Notes: generated by a model from the letters alone, not told the origin. A stretch of DNA of 63,622 nucleotides, filler included, from Licmophora abbreviata (GCA_900291995.1; 14 parts of 14 records of this genome joined end to end with filler, not necessarily neighbours in it), one strand, 5' to 3'; positions 1 through 11,331 are shown, numbered from the whole stretch's first letter. Translations and numbers: made by a program.

Positions 1-420
1 CGTCGCGACCGCCTCGGCGACGCAGGTGGGTGCTGCTTCTGAACGTGCGGGGGAGAAACGGGGCCCAGGGCGACCGAGAAAGCATCCGCTGCCGAAAGAA
101 AGTGCGACATTATCCATCGTCGCGACCTCCTCGGAAAACACGGCCGGCGTATCCTCTGAAAGTCCGGTTGCAAGGCGAGGTCCTGGGAAATCGAGAAAGC
201 AACCACTGCTGAAAGAATCTGCGACCTCTTCCGTTGTCGCGGCCACCTTGGCGCCGAAGGTGGGCGCCACTTCTGAAAGTCCGGGTGCGAAACATGAGTC
301 CGGGAGACCAAGGAAGAATCCAATACCGGAAAAACCTGCTGCCAAACGAGGGGGTGGAAGACCGAGGAAGCACCCGCTTCCGGAAGAAAGTTGGGCTGCT
401 TCCGTTGTCGCGGCCTCAGC
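1..420 (+). repeat. Degenerate 117-bp (39-aa) coding tandem repeat carrying AT-hooks
   Basis: (c/t)gtcgcg(a/g)cc recurs at 1, 118, 235 and ~406. Each unit encodes VA...SE..GRPRK.P..KES. Confidence 0.7.
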
Positions 421-1879
421 GGATACAAATACCTGCAAATCTTCTGAAAGGTCCGTTGCAAAGCAGCCGCCGGGGGATGTCGTGAAAAGCAGAAAGAGTA
501 GTGTTGAATCAAAGGAGTCAGCGTCGACGGTGGCCAGCACTTCTGTGGGCAGCAAGTCGGTTGTCAAACGAAAGGGTGGTAAGTTGAAGAAAATTCCACG
601 GCCAAAAAAAGCATCCAAGGCCGCTGCGATTGATGCCGGCACCAGCCGTCCCATATGTCGTACGGTACCGGTCATGGTATGGGAGGACCACAGTAACCAG
701 GAGACAAATCAATCTGCTGTGTCCAATGCCTCTTCTTCATCGTCATCGAGTCGCCCTCGAATCCATGACACTGTCACCGCTGCGATTGACGTGAATCGAA
801 GTCCTACGAACTTCCTGAAGTCAACATTTGATGCTTGTGCTGCTGCACCTGCCTCGGCTGTCCGGGCAGTGGAAGCGGCCAATGGGTCGCCGATAACCAG
901 GGTCACGCAGGTAGCATCCATATTGTCTCGTCAGAAGAAAGTCCAAGGGCGTTCCGATGCTCGTTCGACCGCCGACGAAATGGATGCAGGCACGGCCCAG
1001 TCGAACGAAGCAAAGGGAGACGCCCCAGACGAGGGCAATGCAGGAGGAAACGCTCCAGAGCTCCCCAAGAAGAAACGTGGTCGACCGAGGAAGCATACGG
1101 TATCTGACACTAGCTCGTCTCCCTCTTCCCTGTCCACCGAGGGCACTCGTAAGCGAAAGGTGGCACCAGCAGCACTACCCGGGCAATCAGAAGAACCACA
1201 GAAGCGAAAGCGGGGCAGACCACCTAAGAAGCCTGTCGAAGGGAAAAATGCGGTCGCAGCAGCTGCTGCTGCCAAACCCGACGACCGACCAATCGAACCA
1301 AAGGGTGCTCGCAAGCGAAAGGAGGCACCCTCAGTTCGACCAGGGCAACCGGAATCATCGCCGGAGCGGAAGCGCGGCAGGCCCCCCAAGAAACGTGTTG
1401 AAGACGAGACGACGGCGGCAGCAGCCGCCAAACCAGACAGCCGGTCTTCCAACTCAGATGCGCCCACGAAGAAGCCCGGGAGACAGCGTAATGTCTCTCC
1501 AAATGAAGCCACTTTCCGTGCTACAAAGCCGCCAAAGCGAGGATTAGGAAGGCCTCGAACGAATCCAGCGTCGAAGAGGTCATTTCCACTGGAGGAGGCG
1601 CCTGCCGCTGGCGACGTTGGTGCAGCAGCTCTTGTCCCTGCAATTCCGAGTGAGAACAACGGACGGCCTTGGTCGATCTCTACCGTTGTTCCTGCAAACA
1701 CCGGCGACTCCGCAACAGAGAGGGAGCAAGGCACGATGACTGTGCGGCGGGACCTAACGGTCAATCTAACGGACCAGGTAGAAGAGATTGCTCGCAGTGC
1801 GCCCTCCACTTCAAACAAGATTGTCCTGACGCTCACACTAGTGTTGGGCGACAACATGCAGACAACATTGCGACTGTGA
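2..1879 (+). CDS. AT-hook (HMGA-like) chromatin protein, low complexity, 5' end outside window
   Basis: Frame is open from base 2. Many AT-hook cores (RGPGRPRK, GGGRPRK, KKRGRPRK, KRGRPPKK twice, GLGRPR). Lys/Ser/Ala-rich. Confidence 0.8.
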   Translation, partial: VATASATQVGAASERAGEKRGPGRPRKHPLPKESATLSIVATSSENTAGVSSESPVARRGPGKSRKQPLLKESATSSVVAATLAPKVGATSESPGAKHESGRPRKNPIPEKPAAKRGGGRPRKHPLPEESWAASVVAASADTNTCKSSERSVAKQPPGDVVKSRKSSVESKESASTVASTSVGSKSVVKRKGGKLKKIPRPKKASKAAAIDAGTSRPICRTVPVMVWEDHSNQETNQSAVSNASSSSSSSRPRIHDTVTAAIDVNRSPTNFLKSTFDACAAAPASAVRAVEAANGSPITRVTQVASILSRQKKVQGRSDARSTADEMDAGTAQSNEAKGDAPDEGNAGGNAPELPKKKRGRPRKHTVSDTSSSPSSLSTEGTRKRKVAPAALPGQSEEPQKRKRGRPPKKPVEGKNAVAAAAAAKPDDRPIEPKGARKRKEAPSVRPGQPESSPERKRGRPPKKRVEDETTAAAAAKPDSRSSNSDAPTKKPGRQRNVSPNEATFRATKPPKRGLGRPRTNPASKRSFPLEEAPAAGDVGAAALVPAIPSENNGRPWSISTVVPANTGDSATEREQGTMTVRRDLTVNLTDQVEEIARSAPSTSNKIVLTLTLVLGDNMQTTLRL

Positions 1880-2173
1880 GGGTGAAGGATATAGCAGTGC
1901 TGCACTCGTAGTGCAGCAGTGTCGTACTACTGGAGTTGAAAAGATACGATAGTTTCCTACGTAGACTCTCTAGCATCCCAAATCTATACCTGTTGGTGTC
2001 ATACGAGGTCGTCCTGGTACCAGTTTCAGTTATGACGGTACTGCTACAGCGGAAAGACAAAGGTGGCTCATGTATCATGCGTACGTGAACAAATCAAGGT
2101 AGTAGTATACTAGTATGATACACAATACGGTCCTGTCTCCCCCTGCTGTCCTACAATGCCCTTTCTAGAGTTC

Positions 2174-2680
2174 TCACTTGCTATACGCCGACACATACTC
2201 GACAACACCCGTCTTGGTATTGAGCCTCGTCTTCTTGACCTGTCTTAGCTGTTTCTTACTCATTGCTTTGAGGGTCGTGTTGACTTTGTTCAGATTCAAT
2301 GTTTGCGCCGACCTCTGCGCCTGCTGATACTCGCGTTCCATGCGTCGTCGTTCATTTTCCAAGCGCCGTTCGCGCTTTTGTATCGCTGCCTGCTTGCGCC
2401 CTTCCTTGAGCTCTGCATGCAGTTCCTTCGCTTGCTGCCGTTGCAATTTGAGCTGCTGTTTGGAATCCCATGATTTGGAGGTGTTGTTGTGCCGAGTATG
2501 CTTCAAACTGCTAGCGCGTTTTTGAGGACGGACTTTCCAAGAACGGCCCGAGACGTTGCGGCCTTTTGAAGAGGAAGAGGAAGCTTGGAGGAGGTCCACG
2601 ACGTTTCCGGGGAGAATTGACTCGGAGCGAGACGGTAGAGCCACTGTATCATTTTTCTGTTGCTGTTGTGAATCCGACAT
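2174..2680 (-). CDS. Cgr1/CCDC86-family nucleolar rRNA-processing protein
   Basis: 168 aa. GRNVSGRSWK motif followed by a basic coiled coil (KRERRLENERRR...LKAMSKKQLRQVKK). Confidence 0.75.
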   Translation of the reverse strand: MSDSQQQQKNDTVALPSRSESILPGNVVDLLQASSSSSKGRNVSGRSWKVRPQKRASSLKHTRHNNTSKSWDSKQQLKLQRQQAKELHAELKEGRKQAAIQKRERRLENERRRMEREYQQAQRSAQTLNLNKVNTTLKAMSKKQLRQVKKTRLNTKTGVVEYVSAYSK

Positions 2681-3013
2681 GCTGGTGTGCTATATAGATT
2701 GAAAGCGACGAGCCGATCAAGAAGGATGAGCTAGAAGGGTATCGCCGTCGATGTGTTGCCATGAGCAACCGCTCCATTCGAAAGTGGAACCTTCAATTTC
2801 GAAATTGGGTGGCTCGGAACGAAGGAAAGTCGCACGCGACGCGCGCGAGTCGCGAGCTCTAAATGACGTCTGTATTTGGCGACCTCGTGTGTGTTTAGTG
2901 TTTACGCCGATCTTTTGATCTTTTCTTGGGTGTCGCGTGGTGCAAAGATCCAACCCATTGCTGTTGTTGCTGTAACTCACTTTCTACAGCCTTGACAGCT
3001 TGATTGATCCAAC

Positions 3014-3592
3014 ATGGGTGTAACAAAGGTGAGATGGATAAGTAGATTGAAATTAAGCAACGAAAATTGAAAATTCAATGAATCGAGTTAGAACTGACGA
3101 AAAAGTGGAATCCTCGTCACTCACCTAGTATGATACTGTGTGCTTCACTCTCCCGCAGGATATCATCACTCCCGGGGACGGAAAGACTTTTCCAAAAAAG
3201 GGCGATCAGCTAACTATGCACTATCAGTGAGTTTTGATTCATGTAATGCAATAACATGAGGCATCATGAGACGTCTCATGACTGTACAGAAACTCACTCC
3301 CGCCTTCTCTCGCTCGTCCCAACCACACTTGCACGCCCGTCACAGTGGAACTCTCGCTTCCAACGGCCAGAAGTTTGATGCCAGTCGCGATCGCGGTCGT
3401 CCCTTCCAGTTCGTCATTGGTATTGGAAAAGTCATTCGCGGTTGGGACGAGGGCGTCCTTACCATGAGCAAGGGTGAAAAAGCTGTCTTGCATATTACCA
3501 GTGATTATGGCTATGGAGCGCGCGGAGCGGGAGGCGTTATCCCACCCAATGCGGATCTCAACTTTGAAGTGGAACTCTTGGAAATTAATTGA
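3014..3592 (+). CDS. FKBP12: FKBP12-type peptidyl-prolyl isomerase, 3 exons (3014-3028, 3159-3226, 3346-3592)
   Basis: GT-AG splicing gives [45 protein letters not shown]...VIRGWDEG...[17 protein letters not shown]. Confidence 0.95.
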
Positions 3593-3703
3593 GCTATCAA
3601 AATATCGAATATCAGGTGAACGAGCGACTGAGTAGTCAACGGGAAGATCCATGACTGGATACTCTACTAGCTATCTTAGGAGCAAGGGCGACACCTTGCC
3701 ACA

Positions 3704-5593
3704 CTACAGTTCATCATCGTTGTTTGCCTTTTCGGATGTAGACCAGTGCTTGCTCCCATGTCTCGTTTCCGCCTTGTGAGTCTCTTCCTCCACTCTCCTT
3801 TGAATGCGTTTGTTGTACTCTTCCATACGTTGCTTTGCAGACGGATCGTTCGGTATCATCGCCTGCCAGTACCGTCTCCACATTTCCACGGACCCACCCA
3901 TACTGAATGGGCACAGGATGCCATGGTACAACCGTTCTTCAAACTCGCGGTAGCGTTGCTGCTGAATGTATACATGCGCGAATTGTTGATGAACGTCGCA
4001 AAAGTCGGGGTCGATTGATTCGGCTTGACTCAAGTGAAAAAGGCTCTTGCTGAGATTCAGTTGTTCCGGGTACAGGCCACTGTAAATCTTGGACACTTCC
4101 ACGTGACTCTTGGCACTCCGAGGACACGTCCGAAGGGAGCTATGAAGCAGTGCCTCGCTGTCCATCCATTGCAACGTGCGAGTGTGAACTCGATTCCAGA
4201 GAAACAGAACAAACACGAGTAGAGATGCGAGGGTCGTATTCCGAGATGCTCGTGACTTGCTCTTGACGATGGCTCGACTGAATGCCGCTCCGACCAGCAT
4301 GCTGACCGAAACGGTGCTAGCCACAACAATGCGATCGGCAACAAAGGTTCCGACCTTGACCACACCGCTAATGGGAAAGAGAGTTGCACCAAAGGACAAG
4401 TGCCACAAGAATAGTAGCACGGGTCTGTAACCGCGCTGCCAACAAATCCACGCCACCACGCCGAATACGAGAACCAGTCCGAACGGAAGCAGCAGCCTGA
4501 CATCACTCCATTCCTTCAACTCCGCTATGCAATCAAAGCCATACTCATGCGAAAAGCCGATAATGTCGACAAACATGCTCTTGCAGAGGTGAATCGCCAC
4601 CACAAAGGCGTAGTTTCGGACGCGATGCCACCCCTCAAACTCGTAAAAGGGGTTTTCGGCGGGTCTTATCAAACCGTCGGGGATGGACAGCGTGTCGAAG
4701 TAGTAGCGACCCACCAGGTATGTACATGCAAGAAGAAAGAGCAAAATGTAGCGCGGAAGTAGTGATTTGAGAGACGGGAGAAGAATGGAACGGAGCGGCG
4801 CTGGTTGTTGTTGAGTCCGTTTCTTGTCGTCATCGACGTGTCGTTGATTCGCTTGCTCTCTTTGTGTTATTCGTATCAACGTCATGGTAAGAACAATCGC
4901 TGGCAGCTGAAAGATGAACGTCTCGCTCGTCAAGAATCCACAAATACCAAGTAAAATAAACAGAGCAATCGGTATATTCCCATCGCTGAGCACACAACTG
5001 CACAGAACTGCCAAAATATGCGGTCGATTCGCGGCATTCGCTGTGACTTCGACGTGGGTCGGGTGCAATGCAAACAGTAGTTTCGTCAGAATTCTTGTGC
5101 CTAGCAGTTCGTGAGATGAAGCAGTGATTGATGATGATGATGATGATGACCGGAACAGCTGTACTGCTAAAATCGAAACACATTCGGCAGCCGCCGCATG
5201 CGTTACAACATTCACCACACGATGCAAATTGAGTTTGGTCAGGGACCGCGCGAATCGACTCAAATCCAACTGTAGCCATCGAAAGGAGAGAACACTAAGT
5301 GGTCGCCACGACTTGTGGGAGGATTCTGAGTTCATGGGACGCCCCCAGTAGTCGTTCCGAAAGACATGGGTCCAGTCGGAATCACCGACGACGTCGCCAT
5401 TCTCGGAGCTCGCAATGTGAAGTTCGTCCAAGACGGGACCTCCATGCTTGTCTGTGGGTGGATCGTATCGAAGGATGGGGACCAGATAGATGCATAGGCA
5501 AAATATATGCACAGCGATTAATAAAGCACCGTGTCGAGCTGAGGCATTCCGAGGGCGCGCCGTGGAGGTCTTTGTCACGGAGACAGATGGCAT
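3704..5593 (-). CDS. TMTC-family (DUF1736) multipass protein O-mannosyltransferase-like protein with short TPR tail
   Basis: Signature FRNDYWG.PM.SESSHKSWRPL, LFALHPTHVE, FVADR. Multiple TM helices. Ends in DDEL (ER-retention-like). Confidence 0.85.
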   Translation of the reverse strand: MPSVSVTKTSTARPRNASARHGALLIAVHIFCLCIYLVPILRYDPPTDKHGGPVLDELHIASSENGDVVGDSDWTHVFRNDYWGRPMNSESSHKSWRPLSVLSFRWLQLDLSRFARSLTKLNLHRVVNVVTHAAAAECVSILAVQLFRSSSSSSSITASSHELLGTRILTKLLFALHPTHVEVTANAANRPHILAVLCSCVLSDGNIPIALFILLGICGFLTSETFIFQLPAIVLTMTLIRITQREQANQRHVDDDKKRTQQQPAPLRSILLPSLKSLLPRYILLFLLACTYLVGRYYFDTLSIPDGLIRPAENPFYEFEGWHRVRNYAFVVAIHLCKSMFVDIIGFSHEYGFDCIAELKEWSDVRLLLPFGLVLVFGVVAWICWQRGYRPVLLFLWHLSFGATLFPISGVVKVGTFVADRIVVASTVSVSMLVGAAFSRAIVKSKSRASRNTTLASLLVFVLFLWNRVHTRTLQWMDSEALLHSSLRTCPRSAKSHVEVSKIYSGLYPEQLNLSKSLFHLSQAESIDPDFCDVHQQFAHVYIQQQRYREFEERLYHGILCPFSMGGSVEMWRRYWQAMIPNDPSAKQRMEEYNKRIQRRVEEETHKAETRHGSKHWSTSEKANNDDEL

Positions 5594-5985
5594 GGCGACG
5601 CGCGAGTGTGCTTGGGGGCCAATTTTGTCTATTCTCGTTCAATTTTGTCACTTGTTTCGCTTGCCAATCAGTATCCAATACCAAAAGACTCTCAATTCTG
5701 CTCAATTGCTGTCGATAAACTCTTCAGAGCGTCCAAACGACACCCAGGACAATCACAACACCAGCACGCCACATCACTGTCTCCGTGTGTCCGCGTAAAA
5801 TCCGAATGCCATTTCGAGGTCTGTCATAGTCTCTCCGGTGCATAGACCTCGCAATATGGAGAGAGTCGAAGGAGTCGAATAGGAAACTCCCTCCAACACA
5901 GCCTGCTGGAAGAACACGCAAGCGACCTCGATCGAAACGAGGCGACGCTCGTCGATCGCAGTCATTTTCTCGCATCTTGTGAACC

Positions 5986-8399
5986 ATGAGCCACCAACTA
6001 CACGCAGGACAGCTGCGTTATCATGTAAGTATTGTAATTCGGAAGAAAAAATTGGAATGAGGTCGAAAGAGAGTCCAAAACGAGACCATAGCGTTCACAT
6101 CTCGAGGTTCATGATCACTCTATACGTAGATTCTACGCAAACTTCCGTACTGTTGAGCAGCCTTTGCTATAATGCTGTGTGACTCACCTCTTCTCCGCGT
6201 TTTCTCTTGAAACTCCAGGACTTTCCCAAGCTTCGTGCCTTACACCAGGCTCGCAGTCTAACCCGAATCGGTCTTCCTAACGTAACTGCATTGTCATCAC
6301 CATCTACTTCTTCATTGAGCCTATCTTCGTTCCAGTCGCGGTCCTTTCTCAATTCGGCACGTTTGAAGCCCTACTTCGACTTGGCCAATCTCAAGTCGTT
6401 GGAGCGCACCGCCAATCAGCACCCCGAAAATGTCGTGGCACAGTACGACTTTGTGCAGAAACTAATGGAAATGTACCCGGATGCCGTCGTGGAACGCTAT
6501 GCGCAGACTGAATTCGCCATGAATGAGCAGCTGGGGGCCTTGTACTTGCGGGCCATGCAACAGACCAACAAGTATCAGCACTTTCGATTTGAAGAGTTTA
6601 GTAGACGATTGAGCAAGGTGAATCCCCAAGTGGATAACTTGTTGGGATCTGTCCAGCAAGATATCAAGGGCATGTCCAAGAGCAAGCAAGTGACGGCTGT
6701 CTTGGATACTCTGCGCAGCAGTGCTGGTGGGGCCATGTTGGGGGTTCCGGGCATGGCGGCTGCGGGTGCGGCATTACTTCCTGGATCCGATCCCAAGCAT
6801 CCTATCTACACACAAATGATTGACAAAAACACTGGTTTTGGCCGTACGGTGCTACGATTTGGATTTCAGTTGGTCCTGTTGGGCGTCGCCATTAGCGCTG
6901 TGACGGCGTTGATGGACGAAAAAGGTGTTGGCCGTGGACTGGGAATGAGCAACAGCAAGCACGTACAGGAATCGGAAGGTACCAATGTTCGATTCAAGGA
7001 TGTCAAGGGTGTGTCAGAAGCAAAGGCAGAATTAGAAGAAATCGTCTTGTACTTGCGGGATCCATCCAAGTTTACTCGCTTGGGAGGCAAGTTGCCCCGT
7101 GGATTGCTCTTGACGGGTCCTCCGGGTACGGGTAAGACATTGTTGGCCAAGGCTATTGCTGGAGAAGCGGGTGTCCCGTTTTTCTTTGCGTCAGGCTCGC
7201 AGTTTGAAGAAGTCTACGTCGGTCTGGGTGCCAAGCGTATTCGTGAGTTGTTTGAAGCTGCCAAGAAAAAGGCTCCCGCGATTATTTTCATCGACGAAAT
7301 TGACGCAGTCGGTGGAACGCGGCGATTGAAGGATCAGAGTGCGCTAAAAATGACACTAAACGAGTTGTTGGTGCAGCTGGATGGATTCGACGAGAACAAT
7401 GGAATTATCGTGATTGGAGCGACCAACTTTGTGGAGTCATTGGATACCGCGTTGCTGCGACCTGGTCGTTTTGACAAGCAAGTGACGGTGCCGCTGCCGG
7501 ATGTCGGCGGACGCAAGGAGATCCTGGAAATGTACGCAGAAAAGACGAAACTAGCCAAGGATGTCGACTTGAACGTGATTGCACGAGGTACCACGGGCTT
7601 CTCCGGCGCCGACATTGCCAACCTTGTCAACCAAGCTGCGCTGAAAGCCAGCGTCGACGGATTGAACGCCATCACAATGTCAGTCTTGGACTATGCGAAG
7701 GACAAGATTTTGATGGGAGCGGAGCGTCGCACGGCTGTTATTACGGCCGAGACTGCGCGTACCACCGCCTACCATGAAGCCGGTCATGCTCTTGTGGCCA
7801 TCTTGACGGACGGCGCCATGCCTGTCCACAAAGCCACTATCATGCCACGCGGTCCGTCGTTGGGAATGGTGATGATGCTTCCCGAGGGAGATCAGACTAG
7901 TCAATCGCAAAAGGAGATGCTGGCAAACATGGATGTTTCCATGGGAGGTCGTGTTGCGGAAGAATTGATTTTTGGGGCCGACAATATCACATCGGGTGCC
8001 GTGTCAGATATTGCCAGCGCCACCCGGACTGCTCGCAACATGGTGACAAAGTATGGCTTCTCTCCGTCGGTCGGTGTTGTGTATCATGGAGGCGATACGG
8101 GAGAAGAGAGCGCGTCAGGGGCTACACGAGCGTTGATTGATGCAGAGGTAAAGAAAATGGCCGATGCAGCGTACGAGCGTGCCAAGGATCTTCTACGAAA
8201 ACATTCCAAACAGCATCACTTGTTGGCGGAGACGCTCTTGGAGTACGAGACACTGACGGGAGACGAGGTAAGAGACTTGGTCAAGCACGGAAAGAAGCCG
8301 AAACGACCAGTCATCAACAAGGAGGGCGGAGCGCGAGGAGATACGTCGGTAGTTGGGAGTGGCGCTCACGGAAAGCAGCCCCTGCATGCAAAAAGATAA
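5986..8399 (+). CDS. YME1: Mitochondrial i-AAA metalloprotease YME1/FtsH-like, 2 exons (5986-6024, 6219-8399)
   Basis: Walker A GPPGTGKT, Walker [24 protein letters not shown] zinc motif. An upstream ATG exon joins in phase 0 through gtaagt...ctccag. Confidence 0.92.
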
Positions 8400-8462
8400 A
8401 TTGCCGATTCTACAATCACTACAACGGCCATGACTACAAGTTTCTTTGTACTAAAACTACAG

Positions 8463-10520
8463 TTATCGTACAACGATATCACCGTTCGTGTAGCGCTTTG
8501 GTGTTGTTTTCGCCTCGTCGGCCCATCCGAGCTTGCCAATGGCGTAGTATGCCACGAGCATCGCCTGCGCGCCTTCCTTGACGAGTCGCTTGTCGTTCTG
8601 TTCCCCGTTCAAGGAGCTGTCCCAGAGTTGCCTGGCAATCGCCACGGACGCTCCTTTGACGCTTTGTTTGTTCTCACTTTCCTTGCCAGTCAAGAAGTGG
8701 GCCTTCCAGTCGTCTCTCAGAACGCGAGCAAACTGTATGCTCGGCGCATGCTCGCCGACGGCCCGTTTCCAGATTCGATACAGCTTTGGGTCACTGGTTT
8801 CTATGACCACGTGTGTGACATCAACCAGCATTTCATACAACGCAGCGTCTAAGGTCGCTTTGTCGGTGATGCGCCAGCGACGCACCTCCAACAGAGTTCC
8901 AGTATCGTCCAGCAGGGCGGTCGCCGTACGATGTCCAAGATCCACCGCCAGCAGACGTTTCGGTGTGGTTCTGCTGATGTTGCTCGAACACAGCCTATCC
9001 GAGGACGCCCGCAGTCGCATGGCTTCGAGTGAATCACGTCGCGTTGGATGAAAGAGTGGTGAGGTATCGGTAGTTCGAGCACGACTCTCCGCTGCAGAGC
9101 AACTTGCATTCCATGCTAGTTCCATGACAGAACTGGAACATCCATCCACCAATTCCACAACAAGAGGTCCCGTAACGACCTGATTCGCCCGTCCAGAATT
9201 GGCGTTGGCAGCATTCACGACCAAGGTCGGGTTGCAGCCTATGCCTTCGCTACCACTACTGCGTGATGGCTCGACAAACGAGTGGAGATAGGACCCCCTG
9301 CCTTCATGAATATGACCGCAGAGCCACAAAGTTGGTTTATTGCGACTGCCCTGTACGACACGACGCAACGACTTGGACCCCACATTGCTACTCGTATACG
9401 TTCGATCCAGAATACCAAAAGGAGGTTCGTGAGTGACTAACACATCACACTCGTCCGGCAACAAAACCACATTTTGACGTCGTGAGTAAGGACGCACACA
9501 AAGAGTAATCGTAGATGTTTTCTTGTTGGCGTTTGGTACATTATTCAAACGCAGTGTCGTGGGTTTCGTAATGTAGGTTGCTTGTGACTTTGGGAATAGG
9601 TTGGATCGCGCATGATGCGGATCGTGATTGCCTCGTAGGACAATCTTGTGGCGAATGTGCGTCTGGGCCGCCATCCAGTGATCGAGTCGATTGCGGGCCT
9701 CCAATTTGGTAGTACGAGCACCGCTGGCAGCAAAGTCGCCACAGTGAATCAATACATCGGCGTCGGGGAGGAGGAGCGACGATGGTTCTGTTGCAGCAGG
9801 ATGAGTCGTAGTAACATTTCTGTTGTTGCGATCGCGAAAGAGCTGATCCTCAAAGCCATGAGTGTCAGAAATGACCACCATTCGAATAAGGGGAGTTGGT
9901 GAGATGGATGTCGAGTTTTGATTGTCGAAAGGACAACGACTACGTCTGGACCGACCCATGATGGGCACGGTAAGAACCGATGTGGCCAAGGCAGCTCCAT
10001 CTCGATTCCAAGGATCCGTGTCGTGACTCGCTAGATGGAAGGAAGGCGTCCCTGTCGACTCCTTCCCTCCACTACTCGGCACAACCCGAATCTTTGGAGC
10101 GTCCGACTCCTTCTCGTCGGTTTGAGAACTAGGCCTACCACTGTCGCCTCTCCGTGGCATCCCCTTATCCAGAGTCTCCGTGGCAATCCTTCGTCCATGT
10201 GCAAGTTCTGTTCGACGATGGCTTTGTCTCTCAGTGTTCGAGTCGGATGGTGACTCGTCCGCATGGTGTACAGCTGCGAGATGACGGCGAGCACAAGAGC
10301 CGTGTTGTAAAGCTGACTTAGAGTGTCGTCGTTTTCGACGAAAGATTCGAGATGACGACAAGATAGGAACGTGGAATGCAAGGGCAGAACAGGGACTGTC
10401 GCATCGAGGTGCGTTTGTACGAGATGACCAAAGAACGATCAGAAGAAGGAATACGATATTCCTACTCCAGTGAGGCGCTCGTTGGTTCACAATTCTACCG
10501 GTACACCTTTTCATGGCCAT
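8463..10520 (-). CDS. Calcineurin-like metallophosphoesterase (MPPED-type) fused to a C-terminal RuvC/RNase H-like domain, with signal+transit-like N-terminus
   Basis: Single 685-aa ORF. SDTHG, HCGD, GNHD, THEPP and CGHIHE lie in ~9145-9885. LLAVDLG...VVIE...DWK...EGAQAMLVAYY..LGW lie in ~8500-8957. Confidence 0.8.
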   Translation of the reverse strand: MAMKRCTGRIVNQRAPHWSRNIVFLLLIVLWSSRTNAPRCDSPCSALAFHVPILSSSRIFRRKRRHSKSALQHGSCARRHLAAVHHADESPSDSNTERQSHRRTELAHGRRIATETLDKGMPRRGDSGRPSSQTDEKESDAPKIRVVPSSGGKESTGTPSFHLASHDTDPWNRDGAALATSVLTVPIMGRSRRSRCPFDNQNSTSISPTPLIRMVVISDTHGFEDQLFRDRNNRNVTTTHPAATEPSSLLLPDADVLIHCGDFAASGARTTKLEARNRLDHWMAAQTHIRHKIVLRGNHDPHHARSNLFPKSQATYITKPTTLRLNNVPNANKKTSTITLCVRPYSRRQNVVLLPDECDVLVTHEPPFGILDRTYTSSNVGSKSLRRVVQGSRNKPTLWLCGHIHEGRGSYLHSFVEPSRSSGSEGIGCNPTLVVNAANANSGRANQVVTGPLVVELVDGCSSSVMELAWNASCSAAESRARTTDTSPLFHPTRRDSLEAMRLRASSDRLCSSNISRTTPKRLLAVDLGHRTATALLDDTGTLLEVRRWRITDKATLDAALYEMLVDVTHVVIETSDPKLYRIWKRAVGEHAPSIQFARVLRDDWKAHFLTGKESENKQSVKGASVAIARQLWDSSLNGEQNDKRLVKEGAQAMLVAYYAIGKLGWADEAKTTPKRYTNGDIVVR

Positions 10521-10563
10521 GATGAGAGAGAAACGATCCTATCTGACCTGCCCGGCTTCTTCT

Positions 10564-10663
10564 NNNNNNNNNNNNNNNNNNNNNNNNNNNNNNNNNNNNN
10601 NNNNNNNTTAATTAATTAANNNNNNNNNNNNNNNNNNNNNNNNNNNNNNNNNNNNNNNNNNNN
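10564..10663. other. Artificial contig spacer (N44-TTAATTAATTAA-N44). Identical spacers at 17883, 23703, 27922, 33800, 36903, 40952, 47773, 49191, 50592, 58291, 59619 and 62438 (each 100 nt)
   Basis: The same 12-mer with stops in all six frames is centred in N runs 13 times. Confidence 0.98.
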
Positions 10664-11331
10664 TGTCAATTTTGACGAGATGTGGTCGGCTGTTGGCGGA
10701 CGACGTCCGTCACACGTCGGTTCATGGCTAGCTTGCACTCCCGCGCCAGATTTTCGGATCGGTCACGTCCAAGTCTTCCCGAGGGATCTATACACCACAC
10801 TGACTAACAGACTTATGTGGAATTCCTACGGACTCCTACACCAGCGCTCATAGCCCGAAGAGACCATCCAGATGGATGCATTCAAATTTGCAGAGAGATC
10901 GCGATCCGTGCCGTGATCGCCAACGCACGCACACACACACACAAAGACCGGTATTTGATCAAGGTACGAAGGCTGTCGTATTGTTGTTACAGTGTAGACA
11001 GTTTGGTATGTTCATACGACCTTTCAGATGCTCACAATTTGATTCATGCATTCGAATGATGAGAGCGTGTTGTGTGTTGGTCAGTCGGTCGGAGACTTGA
11101 ACCATGATTCGTTGTTACAAATGCCTCACTCTTGCTGCTAAGAGTCGCACGCACGACACAGCAACTTCGTGGACTCGACTCGACTCGACATCATGCGCAT
11201 AGACTGTGATATCAGATAGAGTGTCTGACTCCTGCTTTTGTCGTCCCCCTCTTTCTTGTTCTATAGTCTACCAGAACTGACTCCCCTCGTCGCGAATTCT
11301 ATCATCATCTTCTTCTCTCGCCAACGTCATT

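Noticed and set aside
931..1905. 324-aa antisense ORF, and similar long shadow ORFs (11806-12474, 34031-34837, 51518-52249, 56886-57509)
   Set aside because: They lie opposite well-supported genes and have no motifs; expected at this GC content and codon bias.
8500..8957. RuvC-like domain as a Fanzor/TnpB RNA-guided nuclease
   Set aside because: No zinc finger, no DxNAA.NI RuvC-III motif, a compact contiguous domain and no transposon ends; it fits a resolvase-type fold better.
10608..10619. TTAATTAATTAA recurring 13 times as a possible repeat or CRISPR-like array
   Set aside because: Always centred in fixed N runs; it is a synthetic six-frame-stop contig linker.
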